Assembly: GCA_934276735.1 (NCBI GenBank) | Contig: CAKQTG010000001.1 | Coordinates: 418,203-482,202 of the forward strand | Length of the DNA: 64,000 nt | Source: an uncultured Alphaproteobacteria bacterium | GTDB taxonomy: Bacteria > Pseudomonadota > Alphaproteobacteria > Rs-D84 | Direction of reading: 5' to 3' | Shown: positions 44,224 through 54,589 of the stretch, piece after piece | Position numbering within the stretch: position 1 is the stretch's first letter | How the letters are laid out: each line of letters begins with the position of its first letter | Notes under the pieces: generated by a model | The model's database searches: none | Told to the model about the DNA's origin: nothing | Seen by the model: only the letters and a program-made list of their open reading frames with translations | Position numbers and translations under genes: made by a program

Positions 44224-44450
44224 TGGCAGTCCGTGCAGCAATTTATCGCAAAAAATCTAACCCTTTAAAGGGCAAGGTTATTGATTACAAAGATATTAAA
44301 ACACTGTCGCACTATATCACAGAACGCGGCAAAATTGTCCCATCACGTATCAGTGGTGTTTCCCAGAAAGACCAGCGCGAATTGGCAACCGCCATCAAAC
44401 GTGCACGTCATTTGGGGTTGATGCCATTTGTTCGCAACAACTTGGGCTAA
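44223..44450 (+). CDS. rpsR: 30S ribosomal protein S18
   Basis: …[52 protein letters not shown]…; overlaps the rpsF stop (TAATGG). Confidence 0.9.
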   Translation: MAVRAAIYRKKSNPLKGKVIDYKDIKTLSHYITERGKIVPSRISGVSQKDQRELATAIKRARHLGLMPFVRNNLG

Positions 44451-44605
44451 AATTGATTATAATCGCACATCTGCTTGTTATTGGCGCGCTCATGTAACAT
44501 TTGTACACTACGCTTGCCAACAACGGCGCATCTGCACAATTCTAATCAATTTACATAAAAAACATCTGGAATTAAAAATTCCTAACTTGAAAAAGGACAG
44601 ATAAA

Positions 44606-45181
44606 ATGAAAATTATTTTGACAGAAAAAATCGCACACTTGGGCAATATCGGTGATACAGTCGAAGTGAAAACAGGTTTCGCACGCAACTATTTGTTGCC
44701 AAATGGCAAGGCTATGCGCTGCACACGTGAAAACGTCGCGTTGTTCGAGGCGAAAAAGGCCGAACTGACTGCACGTCAAGAAGCCGCCAAGGCCGCAGCC
44801 CAGGCAAATGTTGACGCTGTCAAGAACGCAAAACTGCACATGATTCGCCAGGCGGGGGATACCGGTCAGTTGTATGGTTCGGTTTCGACACGTGATATCG
44901 CGCGTATGTTGAAAGAAATTGCGAACGTCAACGTTGAATCCGCCCAGGTCTTGTTGGGCAGCCCGATTAAATCCATCGGTGCGTTCGACACCAAGATTGC
45001 ATTGCACCCAGACGTTATTGTTCCGGTCAAGGTATACGTTGCCCAGACCCAGGACGAAATTGAGGCATTGATTGCGGGCAAGGTTCTGACATTTGGAACA
45101 AAAAAGGTTGAAGAAGAAGTTGCCGAAGAAAAACCGGCAGCGGAACCAAAAGCCGAAGAAAAAGCAGCAGACGCTGAATAA
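44606..45181 (+). CDS. rplI: 50S ribosomal protein L9 with an acidic/Lys-rich C-terminal tail
   Basis: MKIILTEKIAHLGNIGDTVEVKTGFARNYLLPNGKA…; canonical L9 N- and C-domains. Confidence 0.9.
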   Translation: MKIILTEKIAHLGNIGDTVEVKTGFARNYLLPNGKAMRCTRENVALFEAKKAELTARQEAAKAAAQANVDAVKNAKLHMIRQAGDTGQLYGSVSTRDIARMLKEIANVNVESAQVLLGSPIKSIGAFDTKIALHPDVIVPVKVYVAQTQDEIEALIAGKVLTFGTKKVEEEVAEEKPAAEPKAEEKAADAE

Positions 45182-45208
45182 AAAAATGCCCCACCGGGGC
45201 ATTTTTTT
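45182..45208 (+). terminator. Rho-independent terminator (aaaaaatgccccaccggggcattttttt)
   Basis: Hairpin plus T-run after rplI. Confidence 0.7.
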
Positions 45209-45345
45209 TAGAGAGCATCCGTCTCCGCTGCGCTCCGTCGCGATAAAGAGAGCAGAGAGCAATGAAGCGCGCCATCGGCGCGCTTGTTTTTATCGTCGCG
45301 GACTAAGTTCCCCTCTGGCCAGAGGGGTGGCGCAACGCGCCAATG
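45209..45345. repeat. Mosaic repeat array (M1 + palindrome gttcccctctggccagaggggtgg + terminator-like cgcgccaatggcgcg) between rplI and pgk
   Basis: The first 67 bp are identical to 39463-39529. The M1 module plus the CCCCTCTGGCCAGAGGGG palindrome are seen at four or more loci. Confidence 0.85.
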
Positions 45346-45354
45346 GCGCGTTTT

Positions 45355-46524
45355 TTATTGTTGTTCCAGTATTTGAATCCCGGGCAGGGGGCGACCCTCG
45401 ATATATTCCAGAAATGCGCCGCCACCGGTGGAAACGTATGTCATGTCGTCCTTGACACCGCATGCGGTCAATGCCGCCACCGTGTCGCCACCACCAATGA
45501 CGCTGGTCATACCACCTGTCCGTGTCTGTTCTGCGATGGCGCGTGCCAGTGTGAATGTGCCAAATGACCATGTCGGCTGCCATTCGGCCATGCCGACACT
45601 GCCGTTCCAAATGACTGTTCCAGACTTTTCAATCACAGATATGTCGGATGCGATTGTCTGTGGGCCTTCGTCCATTATAACGTCGTTGTCTGCGATTTCG
45701 GCAAATGTTTTGTCGGTGCGTGGCGCGGCTGGGGCAAATTCTGGGGCCGTGCCCTTGTCAATTGGTAAAACGACATTGCAGTTGTTTTCGCGTGCAAATG
45801 CTAAAATTTCCAATGCGGTGTCGCGTTGGTCTGGTTCATACAGTGAATTGCCAACATTTGCGCCAGTTGCAAATTTAAATGTTGTCCCCAGTGCCCCACC
45901 GATAATCAGGTTGTCTGCCAACGTGGCCAGCGCCTTTAACACGCCGATTTTCGTGGAAACCTTGCTGCCGGCGACAATCGCGGTCAGGGGACGTGCGGGA
46001 CGCGTCATTACCGCGTCCAGATTTGCAATTTCGGACGCCAACAGTAATCCTGCGTATGACGGTAATATCTCGGCAACGCCAACCGTGCTGGCGTGGGCGC
46101 GGTGCGACACGGCAAATGCGTCGTTGACAAACAAATCAAATCCGCTGGCCAAATCGGCACTGAACGCCGGGTCATTTTTTTCTTCGCCGGCATAAAAACG
46201 CACATTTTCCAGCAATACTACGTCGCCATCGTGCATATCCGCCATAAAATTTTTGTCCAGGCAGTCCCTAATCAGCGGCACCCCCATATATTCGGCAATC
46301 GGACGCAGTGAAAATTCCATGTTGCGCGTCCCCTTGGGCCGGCCCAGGTGGGCGCAAATCGCGATTTTTGCACCACCTGTGCGCAGGGCGTTTATGGTGG
46401 CCATACTCTGTTCAATGCGAAATGCGTCGGTAATTTTGCCATCAACAATTTGAACGTTAAAATCGTCCCGCAACAATACAAACTTGCCCCGAACGTCCAG
46501 GTTTTCAATTGTGCGTAATTTCAT
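45355..46524 (-). CDS. pgk: Phosphoglycerate kinase
   Basis: Pgk motifs (…FVLLRDDFNV…GGAKIAICAHLGRPKG…). Start set to ATG 46524 (MKLRT), 7 nt after an aaggaaagga RBS. The track start at 46530 is a TTG. Confidence 0.9.
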   Translation of the reverse strand: MKLRTIENLDVRGKFVLLRDDFNVQIVDGKITDAFRIEQSMATINALRTGGAKIAICAHLGRPKGTRNMEFSLRPIAEYMGVPLIRDCLDKNFMADMHDGDVVLLENVRFYAGEEKNDPAFSADLASGFDLFVNDAFAVSHRAHASTVGVAEILPSYAGLLLASEIANLDAVMTRPARPLTAIVAGSKVSTKIGVLKALATLADNLIIGGALGTTFKFATGANVGNSLYEPDQRDTALEILAFARENNCNVVLPIDKGTAPEFAPAAPRTDKTFAEIADNDVIMDEGPQTIASDISVIEKSGTVIWNGSVGMAEWQPTWSFGTFTLARAIAEQTRTGGMTSVIGGGDTVAALTACGVKDDMTYVSTGGGAFLEYIEGRPLPGIQILEQQ

Positions 46525-47128
46525 GTTCAATCCTTTCCTTTACTGGTTTGAAACTTTTACGATAATGTTCGTTTATACCATATTTTTCAATTGCACGCAA
46601 ATGTTCCGGCGTTGGGTATCCGGCATTTTTATCCCATGCGTATTCGGGGTATTGCGCCGCCAGGTCATGCATAATTTTATCACGTGTTTCCTTGGCAATA
46701 ATAGATGCGGCGGCGATAGATAGTGATTTTGCATCGCCCTTGACGATGGGGCAACCATGTAAATCACGCGGCAACCTGTTCCCGTCAATCAGGCAAAAGT
46801 CCGGGCAAACCGCCAGTTTTTCTACCGCGCGTGTCATCGCCAGCATTGATGCCCATAAAATGTTCAGTTCGTCAATTTCGGTGGGACTGCATACGCCAAT
46901 CGCCCAAATAGTATTGTGCGTAATCCAATCGTATGCGGTGGCACGTGCGTGCGTGGTCATCTGTTTTGAATCACGAATAACGACCGGAATTTCAATATCA
47001 TGGTCGGGAAAAATCACCGCGGCTGCAACAACCGGCCCGCACAGGGGGCCACGGCCGGCCTCGTCCACGCCAGCAACCATGCGGTAACCGCATTCGCATT
47101 CAAATGAAAAGTCAGGTGTCGCACGCAT
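46505..47128 (-). CDS. rnhB: Ribonuclease HII
   Basis: GVDEAGRGPLCGPVVAAAVIF catalytic motif; overlaps the pgk start by 20 bp. Confidence 0.85.
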   Translation of the reverse strand: MRATPDFSFECECGYRMVAGVDEAGRGPLCGPVVAAAVIFPDHDIEIPVVIRDSKQMTTHARATAYDWITHNTIWAIGVCSPTEIDELNILWASMLAMTRAVEKLAVCPDFCLIDGNRLPRDLHGCPIVKGDAKSLSIAAASIIAKETRDKIMHDLAAQYPEYAWDKNAGYPTPEHLRAIEKYGINEHYRKSFKPVKERIEHEITHN

Positions 47129-48852
47129 TATATTGACATACGATTCGCAATTTGCTGTTGGACGTATTCATCTTGGCTGTTATACAGGGGCCATGTGCCA
47201 TTTGCTAATTCTTCCATCGCGGTCAGTGGTTGGCCTAATCGCGCACGATACAGCCACATGTTCGACATCACGCGTTTAATATAACCGCGCGTTTCGTATG
47301 CCGGAAAACTTTCTATATACAGTAACGGATCATATGTTGAAAAATTCTTTTCAAATTTGACAACTGTGCCCATGCCAGCATTATACGCAGCCAGCATTTT
47401 TATAATATTATTATTGATGTTCGGGTGCGCCAACAAGTCAACGATATATTGCTGGCCCAGGAACATGTTATGTTCAGGATTGCTCATATCAATATCAGAC
47501 ATGGCGACGTTGTTGTGGCGTGCAACGCGACGAGCGGTGCTGGGCATAATCTGCATCAGGCCAGACGCACCCGCAGTTGATTTTGCGTTTGGACGAAAAC
47601 CGCTTTCTTGTTTTGTGATGGCCAGCAGCAACGCACGATCAATTGACCAACCACCCATTGGTTCCCAGTCTGGCAGAGGGTATTGTGCCGAATAAATAAT
47701 GTCATCATCAATTTCTAAAATTCCGCGATCACGGATAACGCTGGACGCCTGAATTGATACACGGGGCAGGCCATACGCCGTTGCAACCGAATTTACCGCG
47801 TGCAATGTTCGGTCTGACGCACGCGCCGTAATCAAGTATTTTAAGTATTGTTCGGCACGACCCTTTTGGTCAACCTGTAATAACGCCAGGGCAGTTTTGC
47901 CATATTTCGTCTCGCACAGAGCGTCAATGTCGTCGTCGGTAAGATCTTGTTCAAAGAATTCGTATTGCGGTGTTTCACCCAACATCACGGATGATAATGC
48001 ACCATAAAACGCCATCGGGTGTGCAGCAGCGATTTTCCAATATTTTTTCGCACTGTCGCGGTTGCCGTTGGCGTCCGCTGCGCGACCGGCCCAAAATGCG
48101 GCCTCGGTCTTTCTGGCGTTATTGATTTGTTCCAGTTTTAAAATTTGGCTGAAATACTTTTCGCTTTCTGCAAATTTTTCTTCTTTGAAATACAACAGCC
48201 CCATCGCCCACAGGCCGTATTCTGATTTTGCGTCAGATGCGACAAAACCCCACTTTTTTGCCAATTCAAATTCGCCATTTGTGTAATATATATATGAGAG
48301 GCGACCCGCCAGACGACCATAATCTGATTCGGTCAGACGGCGTTTGAACGATGCGTCTTCCAGAATATTGCGGGCGGTTTTTGTGCTGCCACTGCGGATG
48401 GCACGCTTAAATTTAGTGATTTTTGTATCGGTTGCCCCAGAATATTTTTTCGCTGTCCAGGTTTCAGATTGTGCCGTTTCAATTGACGCGCCACCACTGA
48501 TGGTTTTTGGAATAACAGATTTGCGAACGGTTGCCTGTTTGATTTTTGCCAATTTTTCCATGCGCGGCGCACCAGGTGTATCGTAATACTTGGTCATCCA
48601 TGATGCAATTTCACGTCCGCGTGTGCGATATGTTTTTGATGTATAGCGTTGGTATAAAACTTCGCCCAGCAGGGTGTCGTCGGTCAATTGTGATTCTAAC
48701 TTGGTTGCTGCATCAATTTTTTCGCGTGATTGTAATGCAAATATTTGTTCATATAAACTGGCATCTGCGTCGGTCAAAATCATTGGGGTATCAACAGCAT
48801 AGGCCGTGGCCGACAGGAATATTGCTGTTAAAAATGTGAAAACTTTTTTCAT
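47128..48852 (-). CDS. slt: Soluble lytic murein transglycosylase (Slt family), secreted
   Basis: Signal peptide MKKVFTFLTAIFLSATAYA. A superhelical N-domain, then the SLT catalytic motif ESGFRPNAKSTAGASGLMQIMPSTA. Confidence 0.8.
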   Translation of the reverse strand: MKKVFTFLTAIFLSATAYAVDTPMILTDADASLYEQIFALQSREKIDAATKLESQLTDDTLLGEVLYQRYTSKTYRTRGREIASWMTKYYDTPGAPRMEKLAKIKQATVRKSVIPKTISGGASIETAQSETWTAKKYSGATDTKITKFKRAIRSGSTKTARNILEDASFKRRLTESDYGRLAGRLSYIYYTNGEFELAKKWGFVASDAKSEYGLWAMGLLYFKEEKFAESEKYFSQILKLEQINNARKTEAAFWAGRAADANGNRDSAKKYWKIAAAHPMAFYGALSSVMLGETPQYEFFEQDLTDDDIDALCETKYGKTALALLQVDQKGRAEQYLKYLITARASDRTLHAVNSVATAYGLPRVSIQASSVIRDRGILEIDDDIIYSAQYPLPDWEPMGGWSIDRALLLAITKQESGFRPNAKSTAGASGLMQIMPSTARRVARHNNVAMSDIDMSNPEHNMFLGQQYIVDLLAHPNINNNIIKMLAAYNAGMGTVVKFEKNFSTYDPLLYIESFPAYETRGYIKRVMSNMWLYRARLGQPLTAMEELANGTWPLYNSQDEYVQQQIANRMSI

Positions 48853-48857
48853 GTAAA

Positions 48858-49358
48858 TCAGAACAATGATGTCTTGGGCAGGTGGCAGACCGCCGCACCT
48901 TCGTCAGCCTCGGGTATTTGGTCGATTATCTTTTTAAAATCTGATATGCGTGAAAATTTACGATACACGGATACAAAACGTATAAACGCAATCGGATCCA
49001 AGTTTAACAACGAATCCGCCACCATTTGACCGACCATCACGCTGGTCACCGTGTCGTCGGCCGTTTCTGTTTCCAGACGGCGGTGGATTGATGTTACCAA
49101 TTTTTCAATTTGTTCATCGCCCACATCGCGATTGCGGCACGCCAATTTAATACTGCGACGCAGTTTTTCACGGTCAAATGGTTCCATTTTGCCACTGTTC
49201 TTGCGCACCATCAGGTCACGCATTTGAACGCGTTCAACGGTCGTGAATTTTGCGCCGCATTGATTGCAAACACGGCGACGCCGAATAATTGCATCTTCGG
49301 TGTCGGGGCGCGAATCTGTCACGCGGCTATCAGTAGAGTTACAGTATGGGCATCTCAT
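48858..49358 (-). CDS. nrdR: Transcriptional repressor NrdR
   Basis: MRCPYCNSTDSRVTDSR…CNQCGAKFTT zinc ribbon plus ATP-cone. Confidence 0.9.
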   Translation of the reverse strand: MRCPYCNSTDSRVTDSRPDTEDAIIRRRRVCNQCGAKFTTVERVQMRDLMVRKNSGKMEPFDREKLRRSIKLACRNRDVGDEQIEKLVTSIHRRLETETADDTVTSVMVGQMVADSLLNLDPIAFIRFVSVYRKFSRISDFKKIIDQIPEADEGAAVCHLPKTSLF

Positions 49359-49526
49359 ATTGGTGTAAAGAATAGCAATCTATTTTGCACCCTGCAAGTA
49401 ATATTTGCATCGGCAAAAAATCGTGTTTTTGGAAAAATCAAGCCCTTTATTTAAAAAACATTGCTTGCGCCCGTCTTTTTCCGGGGGGCGATTTGTGATA
49501 AAATAGTATCCAGGGAAAACGGAGAG

Positions 49527-50627
49527 ATGGAAAAATATCTGAATCAGATTTTGTCTGGTGATTGTATCGAGGTTATGCGTGGCATACCAGATGCGTCGGT
49601 TGATGCTGTCTTTGCCGATTGTCCGTATAATTTGCAATTGGGGGCGAAAACACTATATCGACCCGAAGATCAAACCGCCGCACGCGCTGTGCGTGACGCA
49701 TGGGATACGTTTGACAGCCCAGCGGCATATGATGAATTTACGCGTGCCTGGATGCGTGAGTGTCAGCGTATATTAAAACCAGATGGTGCTATGTGGGTCA
49801 TCGGCAGTTATCATAATATCTTTCGCGTTGGCGCAATTTTACAGGATTTGGGTTTCTGGATTTTAAATGACATTGTATGGGTCAAGACAAATCCAATGCC
49901 GAATTTCCGTGGCACGCGTTTTACAAACGCGCACGAAACACTGATTTGGGCAACCCCGCGCAAGACCGGTAAATACACATTTAATTACGAAACGATGAAA
50001 AAACTGAACGGCGGAAAACAAATGCGTTCAGATTGGAATATCAATATTTGCCTGGGCGAAGAACGCGTCAAAGACACCAATGGCAAAAGTTTGCACAATA
50101 CGCAAAAACCGATGGATTTATTACGCCGTGTGATACTGGCGTCAACCAAACAGGGCGATGTCATACTTGATCCATTTTTGGGCAGTGGAACAACCGCCGC
50201 CGCGGCCAAAGAATTGGGACGTAATTTTATTGGGATAGAGCGCGAGCAAGCCTATGTGGACGCTGCACGGGAACGTGTTGCCGCGGTAAAACCGGTTGAT
50301 TTGTCGGATATAGAGGTTGCAATTCCGAAACGGGCCGAGGTACGTGTTGCATTTCGTGAATTGCTGGAAGCGGGATTATTGTATGTCGGGCAGACATTGG
50401 TCAGTCCGCGTGGCGAACGCGTTATGATTACACGCGATGCACAGTTGGCACATACCCTGCACGGCAAGGCGTCAATTCACGTTATGGCGGCGCGACTGCA
50501 ACACAGTGTTAGTTTCAATGGTTGGGATTATTGGTCGGCAGAAAAGCGTGATGGGACGCTGGTCCCGATTGACGAGTTGCGCAAATACGTGCGTGATATC
50601 AAACGTGATATTAAACAAGCCGCCTGA
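49527..50627 (+). CDS. ccrM: Cell-cycle-regulated DNA adenine (GANTC) methyltransferase CcrM-like
   Basis: N6-MTase motifs (DCPY catalytic-motif variant in AVFADCPYNLQ; SAM-binding DPFLGSGTT), plus the characteristic ~80-aa C-terminal extension. Start moved to ATG 49527 (RBS aacggagag). Confidence 0.8.
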   Translation: MEKYLNQILSGDCIEVMRGIPDASVDAVFADCPYNLQLGAKTLYRPEDQTAARAVRDAWDTFDSPAAYDEFTRAWMRECQRILKPDGAMWVIGSYHNIFRVGAILQDLGFWILNDIVWVKTNPMPNFRGTRFTNAHETLIWATPRKTGKYTFNYETMKKLNGGKQMRSDWNINICLGEERVKDTNGKSLHNTQKPMDLLRRVILASTKQGDVILDPFLGSGTTAAAAKELGRNFIGIEREQAYVDAARERVAAVKPVDLSDIEVAIPKRAEVRVAFRELLEAGLLYVGQTLVSPRGERVMITRDAQLAHTLHGKASIHVMAARLQHSVSFNGWDYWSAEKRDGTLVPIDELRKYVRDIKRDIKQAA

Positions 50628-50656
50628 TATTTTTAGCGGCGGCCGTGTTTTTTGCC

Positions 50657-50980
50657 CTAGCGGGATTTTTCATTTAATTGCATTGCGCGTTCGTGTGCAC
50701 GTGCAACGATTGCCTGACGACGATAACTGCATGCATAGTCTGCCATATTCAGGTCAGCAAACATACGTTTACGCAGTTGTTCCGCGGCATGGATTTCATC
50801 GTATTTTTTCGATATCAGGCGGTCGCGACGAAATGTCGTATGGCCGGTGGCCAGCAACTGGTTGCGCTGATATGTCATTTCTAATACCTGGCGGCGCAGC
50901 GCGGCCAGATGGGCGTTTATGCTGTCGATAGCTCGCTGGACACGGACGCGTTCGATACTGTATGCCCCTGGTGCTTTCAT
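50657..50980 (-). CDS. Hypothetical protein (107 aa, basic/helical)
   Basis: Start moved to ATG 50980 (MKAPGAYSIERVR; RBS aaggataataaaATG). No recognised domain. Confidence 0.45.
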   Translation of the reverse strand: MKAPGAYSIERVRVQRAIDSINAHLAALRRQVLEMTYQRNQLLATGHTTFRRDRLISKKYDEIHAAEQLRKRMFADLNMADYACSYRRQAIVARAHERAMQLNEKSR

Positions 50981-51145
50981 TTTATTATCCTTGTTATTAT
51001 TACGGTAATATATAATACATAAAATAGATTTTGTCAATCATGGGTGCCTACTTGTATTTTTACCATATTTTCCTATATATCAGACTATGAATTCGCGAAT
51101 CGGATTTTTTGTGGTATAATTGGCTGGAAATAAAAGGATTTTTTT

Positions 51146-51727
51146 ATGGCACTGATACCAATGGTTATCGAGGAATCGCCCCGGGGTGAACGCTCGTTTG
51201 ATATTTATTCACGCTTGTTGCGTGATCGTATCGTTATGATAAATGGCCAGATTGAGCCAACGATGGCAAACAGTATTGTTGCTCAGTTGTTGTTCTTGGA
51301 ATCTGAAAACCCAAATGCAGAAATTTCTGTTTATATCAACAGTCCGGGCGGTGATGTATCCGCAGGTTGGGCTATTATGGACACGATGCAGTATATCAAG
51401 TCACCGGTGTCAACGATTGGTATGGGATTGGTCGCATCAATGGGGTCGGTGTTGCTGGCGGCGGGCGCACGTGGAAAACGTTTCGTTCTGCCCAATACCC
51501 AGATTATGATTCACCAGCCACTGGCGGGGGCCGAGGGCCAGATTACTGATATGGAAATCCGTATGAACCAATATCAAAAGAATAAAAAGACATTGATTAA
51601 ACAGATGTCTGAATTCACTGGGCGCAGCGAGAAAGAACTGTTTGATGCGATGGAACGTGATAACTGGATGACCCCGACCGAGGCCAAGGATTTTGGCCTG
51701 ATTGACGGTGTTTTGGCGCGTAAATAA
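51146..51727 (+). CDS. clpP: ATP-dependent Clp protease proteolytic subunit
   Basis: …ERSFDIYSRLLRDRIVMINGQIEP…GMGLVASMGSVLLAAG…IMIHQP… with the Ser-His-Asp triad context. Confidence 0.95.
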   Translation: MALIPMVIEESPRGERSFDIYSRLLRDRIVMINGQIEPTMANSIVAQLLFLESENPNAEISVYINSPGGDVSAGWAIMDTMQYIKSPVSTIGMGLVASMGSVLLAAGARGKRFVLPNTQIMIHQPLAGAEGQITDMEIRMNQYQKNKKTLIKQMSEFTGRSEKELFDAMERDNWMTPTEAKDFGLIDGVLARK

Positions 51728-51751
51728 TTTGCTTTGAACGGGATATAAGAT

Positions 51752-53032
51752 ATGAGCGACGATAAAAACAACAATACACCAACAACGACCGACGAAACTC
51801 AGACTGCACAACAGTTTTGTAGTTTTTGCGGTAAATCTGTGTACGAGGTAAAAAAACTGGTTCGTGGGCGCAATGTATGCATTTGCGACGAATGCATAAA
51901 TCTGTGTAACGATATTATGGCGGACGATATTCGCGACGAAGTGAACAAAGACGCCGCAAAATTACCGACCCCGTCCCAGATTTACAAATTCTTGAACGAA
52001 TATATTATCGGCCAGGATATGGCAAAGCGCACACTGGCGGTGGCGGTGTATAACCACTATAAACGTCACAGTGCGGCGATGTCGTCCAATGTTGAAATTC
52101 AAAAGTCTAATGTTTTGCTGATTGGGCCAACGGGAACGGGCAAAACGCTGTTTGCGCAAACATTGGCGCGCATTTTGGATGTGCCGTTTGCAATCGCCGA
52201 TGCCACCACTTTGACCGAGGCGGGCTACGTCGGTGATGACGTGGAAAGTGTCCTGACGCGCCTGTTACAGAACGCGAATTTTGACGTGGAACGCGCGGGG
52301 CGGGGCATTATCTATATTGACGAAATTGATAAAATCGCACGCAAGTCTGAAAATCCATCACTGACCCGTGATGTTTCCGGCGAAGGCGTGCAACAGGCAT
52401 TGTTGAAATTGGTAGAAGGGACGGTCGCCAACGTTCCGGCCGGTGGCGCAGGACGCAAGCACCCGGGCGAAGCCACCGTTCAACTGGACACTTCCAAGAT
52501 TCTGTTTATTTGTGGTGGCGCGTTTGATGGTCTGAACAAAATTATTGGTGGGCGTAAATCTGAGCGTGCCGGCATTGGTTTTGGTGCAAATGTCCAATCT
52601 AAAAAGGAACGTGAATCCAAAAACTATCTGGACGATGTTCAGCCCGAAGATTTGGTTAAATTCGGTATTATCCCAGAATTGGTTGGTCGTTTGCCGGTGA
52701 TTACCACATTACAAGATTTGGACGAAAGCGCATTGGTAAAAATCCTGACTGAACCGAAAAATGCGATTGTGAAACAATATGCTGCGATGTTGGAAATGGA
52801 CGATGTGAAATTAAACATTACCGATGACGGCCTGCGTGAAATTGCGAAATTGGCCGTTGCCCGGAAAACAGGTGCACGCGGCCTGCGCAGTATTTTGGAA
52901 CGCATATTGCTGGCACCAATGTTTGATGCGCCCGATAACCCCGAATTGGCAGAAATCGTGATTGATAAAAACGTTGTGCTGGGGAAAAAGCAACCTGTGC
53001 AAATCCTGCGCGACGCCAAGAAGGCCGCATAA
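51752..53032 (+). CDS. clpX: ATP-dependent Clp protease ATP-binding subunit ClpX
   Basis: N-terminal Zn-binding CSFCGK…CICDECI, then the AAA+ Walker A GPTGTGKT. Confidence 0.95.
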   Translation: MSDDKNNNTPTTTDETQTAQQFCSFCGKSVYEVKKLVRGRNVCICDECINLCNDIMADDIRDEVNKDAAKLPTPSQIYKFLNEYIIGQDMAKRTLAVAVYNHYKRHSAAMSSNVEIQKSNVLLIGPTGTGKTLFAQTLARILDVPFAIADATTLTEAGYVGDDVESVLTRLLQNANFDVERAGRGIIYIDEIDKIARKSENPSLTRDVSGEGVQQALLKLVEGTVANVPAGGAGRKHPGEATVQLDTSKILFICGGAFDGLNKIIGGRKSERAGIGFGANVQSKKERESKNYLDDVQPEDLVKFGIIPELVGRLPVITTLQDLDESALVKILTEPKNAIVKQYAAMLEMDDVKLNITDDGLREIAKLAVARKTGARGLRSILERILLAPMFDAPDNPELAEIVIDKNVVLGKKQPVQILRDAKKAA

Positions 53033-53039
53033 ACATACC

Positions 53040-53800
53040 GCCAATCCCTCATCACTGAGGCAAAGGCTGGGAATAAACTAAAATCCCCTTCGCTGGAAAC
53101 CGCCCACGGAATTTATCAATTCCGCGGGGCCCGGACAAGCCCCAGAACGATGAGAGTAAAAAACGGACTGAAGTTCCCCTCCGGTGGAGGGGGACTTAGT
53201 CCGCAAATAAGACATAAACAATGTTCATAACATGGGACACCACCCACAAAACACTCGTCATACCGGCGAAGGCCGGTATCTATTGCCCCGCAGGGCCTGA
53301 TATTATCACTACCCCGTCCACTGCGTGGACACTCCGACCCGAGCCCCGCGGAATTGTTAAATTCCGTGGGTGGTTCCCGGAGGGGAACTTAGTCCGCGCC
53401 CCAGACATAAACGACGTTAGTAAAATAAAAACAAATACACCACGTGTCGCCTGCGGACTGCGTCCTTGCCGCATCCTGCGCTTCGCTTGGATTCATTCCT
53501 GCGCAGGCAGGAATAGGGTCTATGCAGTGCGAGCGTATGCGAGCCATATCAAAATAATCGCGGATTTTATCATTGGTGACTAATTGCCAAGTTGTGATAT
53601 ACCAATGGAACCCAATGTTGACCCTCCTGCACCGGTATGACGGTGTTGTGTGGTTAAGTTCTTATTTTTGCGTATATTGTGCAACAATGAGCATAAGTAA
53701 TTTCTTAGACCCCATTCCTGCCTTTGCCCACCCACAAAATCTTGCGATTTTGCGGGGCCCGAAGCAGGAATGACAAGTTTGAATGTATCGCTGGTGCGTG
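53040..53800. repeat. Mosaic intergenic repeat array (~760 bp) after clpX, using the same module set (M2-M5 and the cattcctgcgcaggcaggaatagg inverted-repeat module)
   Basis: Carries gttcccctccggtggagggggac, ccgcggaattgttaaattccgtgggtggttcccggaggggaacttagtccgcg, ttcattcctgcgcaggcaggaatagggtctatgcagtgcgagcg, ttgtgcaacaatgagcataagtaatttcttagaccccattcctgcctttgcccacccacaaaatcttgcgattttgcgggg, all matching other arrays. Confidence 0.85.
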
Positions 53801-53906
53801 GTAATCCATTAGGAATTTTCTATTTGCATTATGTGCTAGAATGTGTAATTCTTGTGGTGAAGCGTGTGTGGGCTGGTATTGTTTTTTATGTAAGGGGGAA
53901 CGAAAA

Positions 53907-54284
53907 ATGAAACAAATATCAACTCTGGGCTTGGTAGTGCTCGTGATATCGTGCCTGGGGGTGACGCCCGCAATGGCAGCAAACCTGGAGGGGTGCGAGC
54001 CATCCACAGAAAAACCGTGTTGTTGTCCAGATGAACCGGTAACGTACACTTGCCGTGGTTGTCCGCCCGGTTGGTACAAGGCAAGCGTGGTTGGAGTTGG
54101 GAAAGTGTGCGTGCCTGATTCTGGGACCACCAATAATATTCCAAGTGATAAAAAAGGTTATCTCTATGCCGAGGTCTGCACCGGCCAGCAATGCTTTACG
54201 GCCACTAGCAGTGAGGATGCTGCTGCCCGCGCTGATAAAGGGGAAGCATGTTTTTGCCCTGCTGCTTTAGGAGAAAAAAAATGA
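53907..54284 (+). CDS. Small secreted Cys-rich protein (125 aa; 12 Cys in the mature part; CRGCPPGWYKAS motif)
   Basis: Start moved to ATG 53907 (RBS aagggggaacgaaaaATG; MKQISTLGLVVLVISCLGVTPAMA signal peptide). Confidence 0.6.
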   Translation: MKQISTLGLVVLVISCLGVTPAMAANLEGCEPSTEKPCCCPDEPVTYTCRGCPPGWYKASVVGVGKVCVPDSGTTNNIPSDKKGYLYAEVCTGQQCFTATSSEDAAARADKGEACFCPAALGEKK

Positions 54285-54583
54285 AAAAATATTTTTTTGT
54301 ATGTGCTGTAATGGCACTGGTATCCGGGGCAGACGCCGCCGCCCCAACGTGTACAGTTACAGCGTCCGGATCTTATATGTCATGCAAGCCGGGATATTAT
54401 TATGATAGTTTTTTAATTGGAGACACAGGGAAAACGTGCAATCCGTGCCCGCAGTTTGATGATGCCATCAGCGCGGATAAAAATATTGACGGGGTAACGT
54501 CCTGCTATTTGCCCGCCGGAACAACAGGGTCCGATAGCACCGGCACATTTAAATATACATCTGATTGTCCTTATACCAATTAA
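54281..54583 (+). CDS. Small secreted Cys-rich protein (100 aa; 6 Cys; CKPGYYYDS motif), translationally coupled to the preceding gene (ATGA overlap)
   Basis: ATG 54281 overlaps the upstream TGA stop. RBS taggagaaaaaaaATG. Signal peptide MKKYFFVCAVMALVSGADA. Confidence 0.6.
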   Translation: MKKYFFVCAVMALVSGADAAAPTCTVTASGSYMSCKPGYYYDSFLIGDTGKTCNPCPQFDDAISADKNIDGVTSCYLPAGTTGSDSTGTFKYTSDCPYTN

Positions 54584-54589
54584 AACAGT

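Noticed and set aside
44451-44605. 155-bp gap between rpsR and rplI as a possible small gene or ncRNA
   Set aside because: No ORF with an RBS and no obvious conserved structure were found. It is probably just the spacer present in this operon in many bacteria.
49380-49526. CtrA-box (TTAA-N7-TTAA) upstream of ccrM
   Set aside because: Only a single TTAA half-site was seen (tttaaaaaacattgc). No full bipartite site could be found by eye.
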